A stretch of DNA of 63,991 bases, the filler included, from Stramenopiles sp. TOSAG23-2 (taxonomy: Eukaryota): NCBI GenBank assembly GCA_900128395.1. It is 3 parts of 3 records of this genome, joined end to end, with 100 filler letters (N's around TTAATTAATTAA, not from the genome) between each part and the next. Parts side by side here need not be neighbours in the genome. Positions count along the whole stretch, not along the records: positions 22,015 to 43,919 come from LT649524.1; 2 more parts are not named here. One strand, given 5' to 3'. Shown here piece by piece: positions 22,766 to 37,400 of the stretch; within the stretch, counting starts at the first letter, position 1, and each line of letters begins with the position of its first letter. The notes beneath the pieces were generated by a model. It was given only the letters and a program-made list of their open reading frames with translations, was not told the DNA's origin and did no database searches. Both the position numbers and the translations under genes were made by a program.

Positions 22766-23259
22766 CCGTATAAGTTCCAGTTCCAACCTCCAAACCAGCC
22801 AGTATTTTCTGAAACAACTACTGCTTTTTTAGCTACTGCTTTCTTTTTGGCAACTTTCTCTTCTTCTGCAGTTTCTTTTTCTTCAACTTTATCTTCTGCT
22901 TTTTTCTTGGCGACTTTATCTTCAATGACTCTTTCTTCTTCTTCAACTTCATCTTCTGCTTCTTTTTCTTGATCATCTTCTGCAGAATGGCAAACTAGCT
23001 TCTCTGGCTTAGTATGCACCATTTCTCTTACCTGCCTTACCATATAAGTTCCAGTTCCAACCTCCAAACCAGCCAGTATTTTTTGAAACAACTACTGCTT
23101 TTTCAGCTACTGCTTTCTTTTTGGCAACTTTATCTTCTTCTACAGTTTCTGTTTCTTCAACTTCATCTTCTGCTTTTTTCTTGGCGACTTTATCTTCTTT
23201 GACACTTTCTTCTTCTTCAACTTCATCTTCTGCTTCTTTTTCTTGATCATCTTCTGCAG
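22766..23259. repeat. Diverged tandem duplication (about 220-bp unit, two copies separated by about 55 nt)
   Basis: 22766-22985 aligns with about 23040-23259; both encode AEDDQEKEAEDEVEEEE...NTGWFGGWNWNLYG on the minus strand. Confidence 0.9.
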
Positions 23260-23617
23260 TTTCTTCTTTTTTAACAACTCCAGCTTCTGCTTTCTCTTTT
23301 GCTTCCTTACCATCATCAAGCTCATTTATCAATAACTTGACCATGCCAGATGTTGCAGTATTGCATTTTAAGAGATGATCGATTTTTTTGTCATGCTCTT
23401 GCAAGACATCTACTACCACATCAAATTTTTCGTCAAGTTTTTTGATATGTGTGGAATTTTCTTCACCAACTTTCAGTGCCTGTGTTATTTGAACATCATG
23501 TTCTGCTAACACACTATCGACAACATTTTTTCTTTCTTCATTTTCTTTTTCTAACCTAGCTGCTACTTCTAAAAATGCTGCTTGTTGTTTTGCAGCTTCA
23601 CTTGAAAAGGAAAACAT
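23009..23617 (-). CDS. Hypothetical coiled-coil, Glu/Lys-rich protein with a Trp-rich tail (GWFGGWNW); may splice into a duplicated exon downstream
   Basis: ATG-initiated 202-aa ORF with coding-like composition. Its last ~220 nt are duplicated at 22766-22985. Confidence 0.55.
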   Translation of the reverse strand: MFSFSSEAAKQQAAFLEVAARLEKENEERKNVVDSVLAEHDVQITQALKVGEENSTHIKKLDEKFDVVVDVLQEHDKKIDHLLKCNTATSGMVKLLINELDDGKEAKEKAEAGVVKKEETAEDDQEKEAEDEVEEEESVKEDKVAKKKAEDEVEETETVEEDKVAKKKAVAEKAVVVSKNTGWFGGWNWNLYGKAGKRNGAY

Positions 23618-24363
23618 CTTTATATATGAAGTTTGTCTATACTCTTGTTTTTGTTTTGTTTGGATTTGGTATTGTGTTAAAAAGTTTTACACACTATATG
23701 GTTTGTGGAAATAATTGTCTAATATTCTTCTCTGTGTATATATATGTTGTGATTATTAGTAATATAGATAATAATGAAATAATATGTTCGTCGCCCACGC
23801 CCTTTTCCCTGGCTTTCCAATTCAATGTTAGTGCTATGTACATGTTAAATAAGCTAGTGCTATGTTCATCTTAAAATAAATGACAACCATGGTCTAACGT
23901 TCATTAAGGCAAGATGTTCACTTTGCAAATTAGTGTCAAAAGTAGATTTAATCTTATTCTATGTTAAATTTATGTAAAAAGCTATACTTGATAGGTTTTA
24001 AATTTAACATTTCAAAAATATTTAAGTATAAATAAACATGCATTGGTTTTCTATATTATCTATCATGCATATTTATAACCATTTATAATGTAGACTATTA
24101 TATTTTTAGGAAAACAACTAACATATAAATAGCACTATAAAAACATATTGTTATCCTTAATTTAGGACAAAAGATACATATTCAAGAGTCGTCGTCGAAA
24201 ATACAGTACAGGGAGGCTCATTCACAATACATGTATAATAATAAATAAATATATAAGCTCTATAATACTCACACAAACACAAAATACTCAGTATAACATC
24301 TTGATATATACTTCTTTTTAATTAGAAATTATCAAAGTTCTACAATAACAAATTACCAAGATA

Positions 24364-25302
24364 ATGTCCACAATTATGGAAACACCAGTAAAAAATCCCA
24401 CAGGTGCAGCAGCAACTTTATCTGTAGTAAGACATACAGCTAATCATTTACTACAAAGAAATGAAGTGCTACGTTTAGAGCATGAACTAAAAGAGAAGGA
24501 AGATGTTATTAAAAAATTAAAGGATGCACTTGATAAACAAGAGAAAAATTATCAAATAATACAAACAAGTGCCAAAAGCACCATATCTAATTTGATTGGT
24601 CATATTAAAATGCTTGAGAATCTTTTGCAGAAAGCAAAAAGCACAAAATGTCGACCAAAAAAAAAAAATGAAGAGACTGTTATAAAGAAGATGATGAATA
24701 ATATTAGCAAAGAGCTAATGAAACATCTTCTTTATAACAGGAATGAAAATAATGGTAATACACCAGAAATGGAAGGATTAATGAAACAAATTATAACACA
24801 GGAAAGAATTAAAAATGGAAAATGCACTTTTCAAACCTGGCATAACATTGGATATGGAATCCAATGCCTTCCCTTGAAACAGCAACAATTATTAGCATTT
24901 AATGTCGTAAAAATGTTAAAACCTGAAAAGTTTAAACTGTTGGATCCAACATGTAAGCAAAGGAACGGTAGAAAGGCATATCATGATCTATACATAAAAT
25001 TTTTTGAATCAATTCCCTGTGATTGGGTAGAGAAAAAGGCATTCTTAAAGATGAATGGAGTTTGGAGACATTTTCGTGGTGTTTTAAAAAGACCCGAAAG
25101 CACAGCTGATAAAAAGAAATATGGAACAAGATTAGAAAAGTATTTAAAAGCATGGCAAGTATACTTTGATCTAATTCGACTCATCATACGTAACTTTGTA
25201 CCATCATCATCATCAGATGCAGGCAGAAAAAGCCTTTATACAATTATCCAATATACAGGATTGTGTGATATTAATGAAAAGATTGAAAAATTTATCTTGT
25301 AA
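24364..25302 (+). CDS. Hypothetical protein with an N-terminal coiled coil
   Basis: 312-aa ATG ORF in AT-rich DNA; heptad-like segment LRLEHELKEKEDVIKKLKDALDKQE. No family recognised. Confidence 0.6.
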   Translation: MSTIMETPVKNPTGAAATLSVVRHTANHLLQRNEVLRLEHELKEKEDVIKKLKDALDKQEKNYQIIQTSAKSTISNLIGHIKMLENLLQKAKSTKCRPKKKNEETVIKKMMNNISKELMKHLLYNRNENNGNTPEMEGLMKQIITQERIKNGKCTFQTWHNIGYGIQCLPLKQQQLLAFNVVKMLKPEKFKLLDPTCKQRNGRKAYHDLYIKFFESIPCDWVEKKAFLKMNGVWRHFRGVLKRPESTADKKKYGTRLEKYLKAWQVYFDLIRLIIRNFVPSSSSDAGRKSLYTIIQYTGLCDINEKIEKFIL

Positions 25303-25487
25303 ATCCTTTTTCACAAGTAAAACCCCTTTGTTTCACAGACCTAAAATATAAAAAAAACAAAAACATGAAAAAAATGATAAAACAAAAGAAAACAATGAAA
25401 AAAAATTGATAAAACAAAAAAAACAAAAGAAGGTTATCTAGATGTGTGAGACATAAAATATTTTAAAAAAAAAAATATTTCGCTCTC

Positions 25488-28400
25488 TCAAACAAACGCC
25501 TTATTCGTCACCACATCACTTTCACTTCTTTTCTTTGCCACGCTCCCTCCCATTAAATTTTTCGCACTTTTAATTTTTAAAAATGCATGGGACCATCCTT
25601 TGTTTTTACCCAAACGCATGTATTGACGAAATGTAGATTTACTTTCTATCCTTTTATTGTCAAAATGCACTGCCAAATGTGTGATTTCACGTTTCAATTC
25701 TTTCGTTTCTTCTTTGCCATTGCTGTCATCATCATCTACTAAAATTTGGAATGTCCAATTACTGCTTTCACCAACGGATGGTTTTAATCGTAAACAAAAT
25801 ATTGAATTCTTATTTTCAAATGTTTCCGCAACAAAATTATCATCCAATCTAATCAATTTAATAACTTTCTTCCGTTTGTTATCATCTATTACTTTTGCTA
25901 ATACTAAAATATCTTTAAAGACATATAAACAATATGCACCGTCTTTCTCTACTCCTTCAATGTCCTCCATTATTTTCACACGAGCGACAGTTTGATATAC
26001 ATGATTGGATAATATATCAGCATCAAATCCAAATTCATATTGTACTAATGATTTATCTTTCAATATTTCGCACATATCTTTCCATCTATCAACTTGCGTG
26101 GATAAAACTTTAATTTGCTCGTATGCTTCTAACCAATTATCATAGTCATCATGGAATTTTGGCGTAAAATCAAAGATCACTTCAATTTTTGCAGCAAAAT
26201 TTACAACATGTGATATTGGCAAATACAAGTATGAAAATAAATTCATTTTTGATTTTGTATTTGCATCCGCTTCATAAAATACGCGATATGCAATTTGTTT
26301 CTCTTCCCCTTTGCATAAAGTGGACATTCTATCTAATAAATTTTTGAATTTCATCGTATACGTGACATGGTGTCTAAATGCAGGTATTAAATCTAAAATT
26401 AATTCCCCTACAACTTTTGAAGCTAATTCTGCATTGTCAGATATACCTGCATCGTCTAATGAATTGATGAATCCTTTATGTATCCGTATGACATGCCTGA
26501 AATTATTCAGCCATAAATGCAAGCGATGAGACAATGATTTTGGATTTGATATATGCTCATCTTCAAGTTTTATATCACACAATGGTTTAAAGTATATTTC
26601 CCAAGCAGTTTCAATATCATTTAAAAATGCTTGTTCGAATTTTACCACTTCGTTTACCAATAACGAGCGTTTTTGCATAGAGATCGGAGTCATCTCTCCA
26701 AGAATGTTTTGATCTGTTCCACCATGAATAGTTGTAGTGGTTGCTGGTGCATCTGATCCAACTTTTATCGTCAATCCTCGCTTTCTAAATGTATGCGGTT
26801 CCTCTCCTTCCTTCTTATTTTCAACTCCAACTTTCCCAGATTCTTCGCCTTCTTCTTTGCCTTCTTCAACCTCTGCAATAACATCTTCCTTTGATATACC
26901 TTTGCTCTCCTCTTTTTCAATTTGTTTTCGTTCTTGTCTTAATCGTTTTTCTTCCTCTTCCTCTTCTATTTTCTTTTGTATCGTGATGAAATCTTCTTCA
27001 ACTCGACCCATCGTCGATAAAATTGATTTTAAATTGGAAACATCCCCTTGTACTTTTTTAATATCATTTTGTACATTCACACTAACTTCTTTCAACGACG
27101 TGATTGTCCCATCGATACTTTCATCTTTGATATTGTTGTTTCGTAATGCGTGATTGAGATCCTCAATTCTTTCATTCATACTTTTCGCAAATAGCTCAAG
27201 CTCATGCTCAATCATTCTAACACTATACTCACTCGCTTCAATTCTTTCTTCTTTATCTAATTTGATTTTCGACTCTTTTAAAAGAGCAATTATATGTGCT
27301 GTTTTATCAGCTTTGCTTTGTTGTACGTTTAAATTTGGATTTCGTTTATCACGTTGTTGTTTCATCCAAGCAGAAACCCACAGCGTTGCAGTGTGTTCAT
27401 CAATATATCTTTTCGCAGTGAAATACCTTTGTACATGTTCGCGAAATTTCATGCCGACTTTTCGCCTCAGTTTTCTGACTTTTTCCATACGATTGATCCA
27501 ATCCGATTCTTGTTTTCCAGCGAAATCGGCAAATGTTTTAGATGGAACACCCGATGCTTCCTCCTCGACTAATTTTCCAATTGGGCCCAACATTGCCATT
27601 ACTTCTAATTGTGCAATGGCTATTTTATCTGGGCGCCGCGGTGGAACAATAGCACCGAAGACACCACCAGGTCCAGTAACAACTTCTTTCGAACCACCAA
27701 CGTCAGTACATACTACTGGAAGACCTGCAAGGCCAGCTTCACCAAGTGCTAATGGCAAACCTTCCGATAATGACGAATTTAAAAAGATCCATCCTTCCGT
27801 CAAAACTAGTTTTGCATTGCCAAAACCACATAAAAAAACGTTGGAACCTAAATTATTTGATGAGATTAAATCTCTACATTCCGACGTATATGCAACGTCC
27901 TTATCCAACGACCCATAAATTTTTAATCTATATTTCGTAATTTTATACACATTAACAATAATAGCAGCAGCTTGAATTGCATCTTTAACTCCTTTTAATT
28001 CATATACGTGTGACAACATGACGACTGTTGGTAGTTGTGCTTCATTATCGCGCAAGACAACAAAGCGATTTGTTTCCATCCCATTGATTACTGGAAATAT
28101 CTTTCGTCTCATCATGACCTCTAAACCATTATTGCCACGCAAAGAGCCCATCCACGCTTCCCAAGACACATTTGTCTCGCAACAAGGAACAATACAATCA
28201 GCACTATTGAATACTACATGAACGCATAACCTATTCAAACCAATAAGTGCATTTCTAGCAAATAATGGGAATCCGCGAAATCCAGAGATTGCCCTTAGGC
28301 GCTCTCTCCATAATACACCGTGATCCCATACAGCAAGCGATGTACCTCGCTTTTCTTTCGCAACAACTGCTAATATCGTTTGTATGCCATGATGTGTTGC

Positions 28401-31400
28401 ATGTGCAACAGGAATATCATAATCTGGCAAAGGACACGATAAAATTTCCAGAAAATGTATGAACAACGATAAAGCCATATTAAAATCCTCAAGTTGAGGA
28501 TCTTCGCATGTCATCATCGGGTGTTGACCTTCTGCATTTGCAACCATCACGTCATGCAACACTTTCCACTGCTTCATCCACGCTTGCCTGACTAATTTAT
28601 GTTCCCAAGATGTTTGCCAATCAAAATGTTGAAAATAGGTCCATAAGTTTACGAAATTTTGCGTGTACGAGGCAACTTCTACTTCTGTAAATACGCTTTT
28701 TGCGCAGCCAACAGCAAGTTTTTGTACCATTGGAACAAAATATGTTTTTATTACATCATCGGTTGTTTTATAAACTTCCATCTGCATCTTACAGACTGGT
28801 TGATCACCTCGAACAGTTTCATACGGCGAACCAAAATCGTTTCCCCAAAGTGGTACAAAGTTAATTGTTTCCACATTTTCCTCCACTTGATATGATTTTT
28901 GTACAACTTTCATATCATTACCAACTTCAGCAACCATATTCCATGCCACATTTTGAACGTGCATGACGACATCGCGTCTGCAAGATGCAACGCCACCGCC
29001 ATCCATTGGCCAAGTGCCGCTATCTAATCCTAAAACTCGTAAATGGGTAAAACTTTTATCTTCATCTTCCCCGTCATCAGATGTCTTCTTCGTATTTTGT
29101 GCAATGTTAATGGATTCCCCACCACGTCCCATAATTTCTAAATCACTCAATCTCATGGCTAATCTACTTCGAACTCCAGGGAGGGGCTTAATGTAAGTAG
29201 CACTTAAGATTCCACCCATATCTTTTCTCAATGCATCGACAGCATCATCCGTTTTGCATGAATCTCGTAATTTCCAATAGTCCTTTAACGTGGGCTCATC
29301 GCGTAATAAGAATTCATCCAAAAGTTGGCAATGAATACCTGCTAATTTACCATGCTCGGTATTCCACATCTCCCACAACGACGTCCGTTTGACTCCCGTC
29401 CGTTTGTTACCAGTTTTAAAATGTATTTTTCTCGATTTCTTCAGGTAACATGTTTTCCAAGATCGATGCTGCTGTAAACGTTGCAAACTATACAACGCAA
29501 TATCATCATTGTATACATTCGATGCTGATTCTTTTTGTGAGAAATTATCTTTCAATAAATTTTCATTTACACCAATTAATCCATATGGATCATCTTTCAC
29601 AAATGATGGGATCTCGTGCTCAATTTCATACGTTATCTCTTTTGTTTTTCTTCGCCTGCGATATGCCGTTTGTCTCTCAGCGGCTGTATCAACTAATTTC
29701 AATTGACTCGTAGTATGTCCCAATGTTTTCTTATGTTGTTTTTTCTCATCACGGGATAAATTACGAGTTAAAGTTTTTTTCTTCGCACTCATTCCCTCCG
29801 TTGCACTTCGTTGTCGCATACTTAGACCTCTATTATGAAAACTTACCTTACTAAATTTTCGCGAGCTTCTACTCAAATCTCCAGAAAGAGTTGTACTATT
29901 AACGTTTATGGCATCCGTAAATTCTTCAGATAATTCATTCATGAAATTTTTTGATTTTCGCATCATGCTATTAAATCGGTTTTTCACGCTAGATCGTTTT
30001 GAACTCCGGTCCTTTTTCTCCGTCTCCTCTTCATCAGGAACTTCGATTCTTTCACGGGTTAATTTCACGGTTTTCGTACTCGGTTCTTTCGCATGACGGT
30101 ATGTAAATTTAGTTAAAAAGATATCATTATCCCATCGAAACATAACACTTTGAACGCGGCTTGTTAAAAATCGTTCACCATCTTTAGTATGATGATGATT
30201 TACAACCAGGGTCCAATTATCCCGTTTACACTCGTATACTGATCTATATGCATAACTGCGAGCGGGGTGGTGACTCTCATCATGAAAATAACTCGCTTTG
30301 ATCTCTACCATATCATTCAATTCATCTTCAATTTCTTGATTACTTTTATCAGTCATCGTTATGACAGATCTTTTAGAGGTGACTGAAAATTTATGAGCTC
30401 CCAACCCCGCAATGCCACCGCGATTTTTACTCATTTCTTCATCTTTTTTACTAGCTCGCATTTTGCTCTTTCTCATTGCTAATGCTTCTTCAGGGCTTAA
30501 TTTTATTTTCAACATTTCCGATCTATGTTCTTTAAATGCAATTTTAATCCCTTCCTCAATTTTTGCTCTCCAATTCATTGATTCAACGGTAGACTTAATC
30601 ATGAATTGCAATATATCACGTTTATCTCTAAGACTGTACAATGATGAAAATGGTATTCCATTATTCTTATGCCTTCCACTATGATCTTTCCAAACTAAAC
30701 CTGTCAAGTCAAATTTGCTTTCAAACGCTTTTGAATCATCTCGAAATGCAACATCAGAACGATAATAAAATAATGGACCATTTGGTGGCAAGACGAAGAA
30801 ACGCTTTGACCATCTGCTGTATCCATAGCGTCTTATTGTGCGACACTCGAACCACCCCATAGTTAACAATTCTTCCTGTTTTGAATTGTCTCCAGCCTTT
30901 TTCTTACCATAATGTTTGCTATCATGGCCAACTTTAAACATTCCATGTCTCCTTTTGAATATATTTGCTTTTATAATTCTACCTTCCTTATCATAGAATT
31001 CCTTCTCGATCAGCAGACCCTGGTTATCAACAATTTCTACACCAGATGGACATATTTCATATTCATGCGAATATTCAAAAAATTTCTCTTGCTCTACCTT
31101 TCCTTTTTTATAGATAATTTGTTTTTCTAGTCGTCCGAATGGCAACTTCGATCCCCCATCATTTCTTTCTGCATAAAACGTTTCTGACATTAATGCGGCC
31201 TTTGTTTTTTTAACTATCTCCTCTCCTTTAGGTAAATATGCGCTACCAAATTTTTGATTGCCGGATATTATTTTATTACGCAATTGCTCGTATTGCCTAA
31301 CAACCGTATTTCCTGTTCTAGTTTTATCAAAGTATCCAACACGACATAGTCGTACACTTTCATCCAATACGCAAAATAATTTATGACTTTCACCAAAAAA

Positions 31401-34400
31401 TATCGTTCGATCCAACCCATCCCAACTAGCATGCAATGTTTGTACTTGTTCCTTTAAATTCCAGATTATTTTCCAAAACACCTTTTGTTTTAATGAGGAT
31501 GCAAGTTTGAAAACATTAATTAAATACGTGTTGAGGATATTCTTAAAAAGCCAGTTTAACTTCGTCTGTTTTAAGAGATAGCTAGCTTCCCGAGGAAAAT
31601 CATTATCACCGCGATGGGACAAAACAAGCATTTCAAACATGACGAAAAAATGCCACATTATGCTAGATTCAGCCTTCATACTTAAACGATGATCAATTTC
31701 AAGAAACTCTTCAAAGTTATCAAAAGCTTCGATATCACCGCTAGTACTAAATTTAGACTCCGCATCTGGCCGTAATGGATTGTAGCCCCACTTTTCTGAA
31801 CCGGCATTTTCTGTAATAGATGCCATACGGCGTTTTAAAAGCATCCTTGCAGCTGTTCCAATGCGTCGTGTCATCGTAATAGTACCTAGTGCGCGTATCA
31901 CAACACGCCGCATGATCCTTTTTGACAATAAATTACTTTTGTCAAAAGTTAATAGCTCCTCCGAGCCAAGTTCTTTTGCAACAATAAATTTCATTCCTTC
32001 CGGTGAATCCACATCCGTCAAATAATCAATTGCAGAGAAAATAGCACCTTGAAACACTTTTGTACCCATGTTTTTTTGCAACGTTTTAAAAAGTGTTGCA
32101 AGCCCTTCGTCATCGTAACATGTATCAATTCCATATATAATGGCTAAAATTAAATGTCGGACTGGGTGAGACATAGTTTGCCAATCATTGTCAAAATCCA
32201 TACCAAGTCCAGATGCTTTAAATACCCTAAATTCGGTATCTTCATCTAGAATATACAACATGCTTGGCGGCATTAATCGCAACTGGCATAGTATTCTCAT
32301 CGGTAAAAGACTTTCCGCATCCATTTCTTCATTATTTTCATTACCATCGGGTGACAATTTTGGATTGGAGTGACTGTCATGAACTGCAAGCTCGGCTAAA
32401 CATGCTAAACTGTGCGAAGTTCCCATGATGCTCTCTGCTACTTCATGTACAAACGATTCTGCAAGTGCTTTTGCTAAAAAAATATTGTTTTTGTTGGAAG
32501 ATGGTCGATTTGCAGATTTTTTGTAAGTTTCCCACGGGACGCCAATATATATAAATAGTATATTATCTGTTAATGTGTTTTCAGGGCTATCTGTATACGA
32601 TGATATTGCAGAATAGCCTTCGCCATGAGCTCGATCAACAACCATTTCATTATCAGGAACAATTAAAATACTTGTGCTTTTTATATACTGTTCAATATCA
32701 TCATTAGCAACAATGCTCCTTGATGAACCAACGCTATCTTTGTTCATTTTTACCCAAGAGGACATTTCTTTTTCAATATCAGCTTCATTATTTGATAAAA
32801 ATGCTTCAGCAACTTTAAGTATTTTCTTTACATAATTTTCTCCATTGGCATCGTTTATAAATGATCGCAATGTACCTTCAATAGACAGATTGTTCTTGTT
32901 TATTTTCTCAGCAGCGTCTTCAACAAATGTTATGCTATCATGTATGACTTTTAATACGTACTTTCCAAGATTAGTATCTTGAGTAATAAGTACCTTCTTC
33001 TGCAACTTAGCCAATTTTGTTGACATTTTTCTTTGCTCCGACGGCAACTTGCATTTCTTTGCTCCAATCCAACTTTGTCCTGAAGTTTGCATAGTTGGGC
33101 TCAGCAACTTGTGGTCGGCGCCATATGCAGCTATAGATGATAGATGATTTATTTGTATGCTATAAATTGAATAAATTCCATAGGTCCATCCACCAATTAC
33201 AGTTGCAGCAACTGCTGAACCAGACGCTCCTGTAAGTCTTAGGAAAATAATTCCGCCTAAAAGACCAGCAATGATACCATAGACAAGGCCCACTAGCCTG
33301 GCTCCAGTCCAATTGGATGCGGACGTACTCATGAAGAGTTTATTAAATAATGCAAATATTAAACCTACATATCCAAAACATCCAATGGTAAAAATTACAA
33401 TAGGATGTTGCGCTCCAAATTCGCCTTTATATGCAGTTTGAGAATGCCAAATGCATAGCCCAAGAGTAAAGAAATAACAAATGATAGCTAAAAACGACAA
33501 ATTTCTAACTTCTGAAAAGTAAATTTTTTTCTTGTGTTCAAAGCGCTCTTGTATAAGGTTACCAATACTGCCATCGGATGCTGCTTCCGCTTTGTTATAT
33601 GTGCGTCCTTTGAATGTTGTGTTAAAAGATGTAATCTTAGGAACAACAAGTTCTAAATATGCACTGGTTAACATCAAGAATACAGTTGCCCAAAGCATCC
33701 CTTGTGTATAACCGCTTGTTGGGTCGCCAACAAATAAAAATGCCCCACGACCAGAAAATAAGAAAGCAAAGCGATCTAAAAAGATAAAGATAAAATAACA
33801 CATTCCGTACAACATTTCAGGCCCTTCAAAATCGAACAAAATACCACCTCGTATACCAATATCCGTCATTTGCTTCACAGTAACTGCACCAATTGCTTCT
33901 TTCAAAGTGCTATCCCAGTCACTCGAAAATGGTTGTGTATTTGCTTCCTTGCTGGATTGCAAGCAATACCATTTCATCAATAAATGTTCTTTAGCAAATA
34001 ATTTTGCCCGTTGTGCAACCGCACGTGATTGGACAGGGTCAAGATAATCCACGCATGGATTAATTGGAAACCATTTTGGTAGCTTTAGGACAAATTGACT
34101 CCTTCGCTTTATTGCTTTTTCAACTTGCAAACAAAAATATTGTCGCAAGTCATGCTTTCGCTTTGCTTCTAGTTTTTTTGCTGCAGATGGATCAACTGCA
34201 TCATTATTAGTAGCAGCATTTCCAGGTTGCAATTCTGGGCGTTCACGGCAAAACGTAGCTGCCCACTCATCTAGCTGTTTTTGACTTGGTACACTAAGAT
34301 TATTAAAAGATTGAGATCTCGCATAACATATACGTCGAAAGAAAATTATCATCATGACGTCGACTAAAAATATAAACCCAATATATGTTGGTGCTATCCA

Positions 34401-37400
34401 CTCCGTACCAAATCTATTATCCCCTTTTGATCCTTGAATTAACAAACTTGGAATTGCCAAAACAGCTGATGCGAAGAGTAAGACCCTTCCCCCACTTGAC
34501 ATCCATACGGGGTGGATACGAATGGTAGTCAATGCAGCAAGCATTAATAAATATGTTCCAAAGCCAAATGAATAACCAAAAAAATAAAGTGCATATATAA
34601 AATTTTGCATGTACAAACCACAGACAATGGAACACATGGTAGCGCCTAGCAGCATCATTATACAGCCCATCATCACTCGCTCTGTCACTGTTACAATAGC
34701 AACATCAAATGAATATTGAAACATATAGTACGATCCCACACGCCCAATTGAAGCATTTACTGCACCACAAATAACAAATGCCAACAACATTGCAACACTC
34801 GCAATTGATTTTTCATCATCTGACATTGCCATTGATGCAAAAAGGCCATCCCCTGTTGTTAAAACCAAACAAATTTCCAATAATGTACTAATGGAGAAAA
34901 ACATACCAGATGCATATTTAGAATATTTCGATTCTTCATCTTTAATCTCTTTCTTCTTTGGTTTAAATATGAAAGATGGTGGTTCTTCCTGAACCATTTG
35001 AGACCGGATGTATTCATACAACAGCTTCCCCGTCTCTCTACGCGACATGTCAAATGCACAATTAATAACATCTTCATCCAACCCAATCATCTCGATCAAA
35101 ACGACAATGATATCCGCATCACGTATTGGAAATGCATCCATATCTCGCACTGATATATTCATTTCGCTAATTGCAACCATACGCATTGCACATAGCAAAT
35201 GAAGCTGAATTGCCAATATATCATCTATCATAGGGACGCCTTCCCTTGTACATCTAGTTATTTCACCAATTAAACGATTCAATTGCCTCATATCTTCCTC
35301 CTTCCAACATGCACGCTTAACCAGATGAACCAACACATCAAGCAATTTTTTATCGATTGAATTCAAATCATCGCGAGATACATCACTTGGTACAGTTGTA
35401 ACTATGTTCTCAATGACTAGGCCAAACGGAATGGTACCCCACCGTTTTGCCCGTTGTTTGCTATTGACTGTATCTAGTAAAAAATGATCCGCTTCATCCC
35501 TTATACCCCTTGCCAATTCTATTAAGACTCTTTCTATCATTTTATTATGATGTCTCTTTTTTGTTTTATGAATGACACGAGATGTTCGATGTACCATCAT
35601 AGCAAGTTCTTCATACGATGCATTTTTTATTTGATTATAAATTCTATCCGGTAAAAGAGGAGATTTTGCTTTTTTCAACTTTTTTGATCCCAGCAATTCC
35701 AATAATACACATTCCGGATGATCAAACCCTCTAGCTTGTGCATAGGAATGTAAAACTGCTTCCACTGGATTAACATGTGAACTTGATATAAAAATATGTA
35801 TTCCGTAGGGTGTAACTTCATGTAAAGAGAAAAATCGTCTGCTACGCCCACGTCCATTTTCAACTGTAGAAAAAGCCCTTGGATATGCACTCCATAGATG
35901 AACTTTTTTGTACACTCCATCAGCACTGGTTTCAGTTAATTCACGTCTAAGATCGGCAACTAGTTTGCTTACAGTTAAGATTGGGGATAGGGCTGTTTGA
36001 ATATCATGATTTGCACCCAAGTATATTGCATCTAGTTCTTTTAAAATTTCGTTAAATGTTGGTGAATATTCTTTTTTTTTTACATTTTTCCAATCACTGC
36101 CAACATAAACTTCTCTTTCTGTCTGTTCGGAAAGGTTTCCTAAGCAATTATTGGAACGGAGTAAACGAAGCAAGCCAAGCACTTCTTCAAAATCATTCAT
36201 AGTACATCGTGTTCCAAATTCTTTTTGTCCACCACAATCTTTCACTGGCGAATCGACTGCATATATATTGTCAAGCATGTGTGCAGATTTTATTAATTTC
36301 TCGGTATTTTTTTTCTTAATGCCATCTTTCTTTATCACTTCTTCTTTTTTGTCCTCGTGCTCCTCCTCCCCTTCTTCTTCTTCTTCTTCTTCTTCTCCTT
36401 CTCCAATATCTTGTAAACCATCATCATTTATAGTGTTCAAAAATAGCATAGGTTTTTCTAGTTGGTTTGGGGCAAAACCAGGATCGTTCTCTAATTGGTG
36501 CCAAGAACTTCTACCGCTGCTAGTTGAAGAAGATCTAGATGATTTAGTTGACATAGACATATAATCATAGCTACTTCCACGACGGCGTACGCTACTTTGC
36601 ACATTACCACCATTGCCGGCATGAGCTGACCAATGTCGACTATGGCGACCACCTTGTTTTTGTGGTGACTCAGGTGTTTGAGAAAGAAACGACCATCTGC
36701 GATGCGTCTTTTTCTGTCCTAACTTTCCTTCCGGAGAAAATTTTGTCATATTTGCTTCTTTAATCACAGCCACTACAGGTTTAATCTTAAGCGGAGAAGC
36801 ATCTTCGTCTTCTTTCTTCAACTTGTAGTTATACTCCTGGTCCGTTAAAGCAGTGGTTAATCCAGCTATTAATTCTCTTGTATCTACAGTGTAATTGTTA
36901 TTATTGTCAGGCCTAAGGCATGTTTCCGGGTTCCATTTCCGGGTTACTTGACTGCTACTCGCAACAGACGTATAACCACGATTTTTAATTAAATTCCGTA
37001 CTCTATCACCAATGGATTTCCCAACGCCTTCTGTCAACATATCGACAACTGAAAGGATGGCACTTCCACTTTTACTGGCGTCATTAAAAACCGCTTTTGG
37101 ATCTGTAAATGTTGGATCTGTACATATTGTACATGCCATTTGGATGTCACCAGCCCATGAACGGCGAAAAAAACGTTTTATGGCGCTAGGATCGATGCAA
37201 TCCTCATTACTAAAAACTTCTAAACCAATGACTACAAAATTTTGACGTCGAGATGTCACATCTTTCAAAAGTCTCGTTAAATTTTGTATATTATTGTATC
37301 GCTCGCCAAAAAATGGTTTCAAATTACCATCCATATCCATTGTAGGATTATACATTACAATACCATCTACCGTATTTTGTATATCAAAATTATCATTTGC

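Noticed and set aside
22484-22972. 162-aa plus-strand ORF and similar short antisense ORFs inside the long genes
   Set aside because: They are low-complexity or shadow frames of real genes and of (TA)n/(GA)n tracts.
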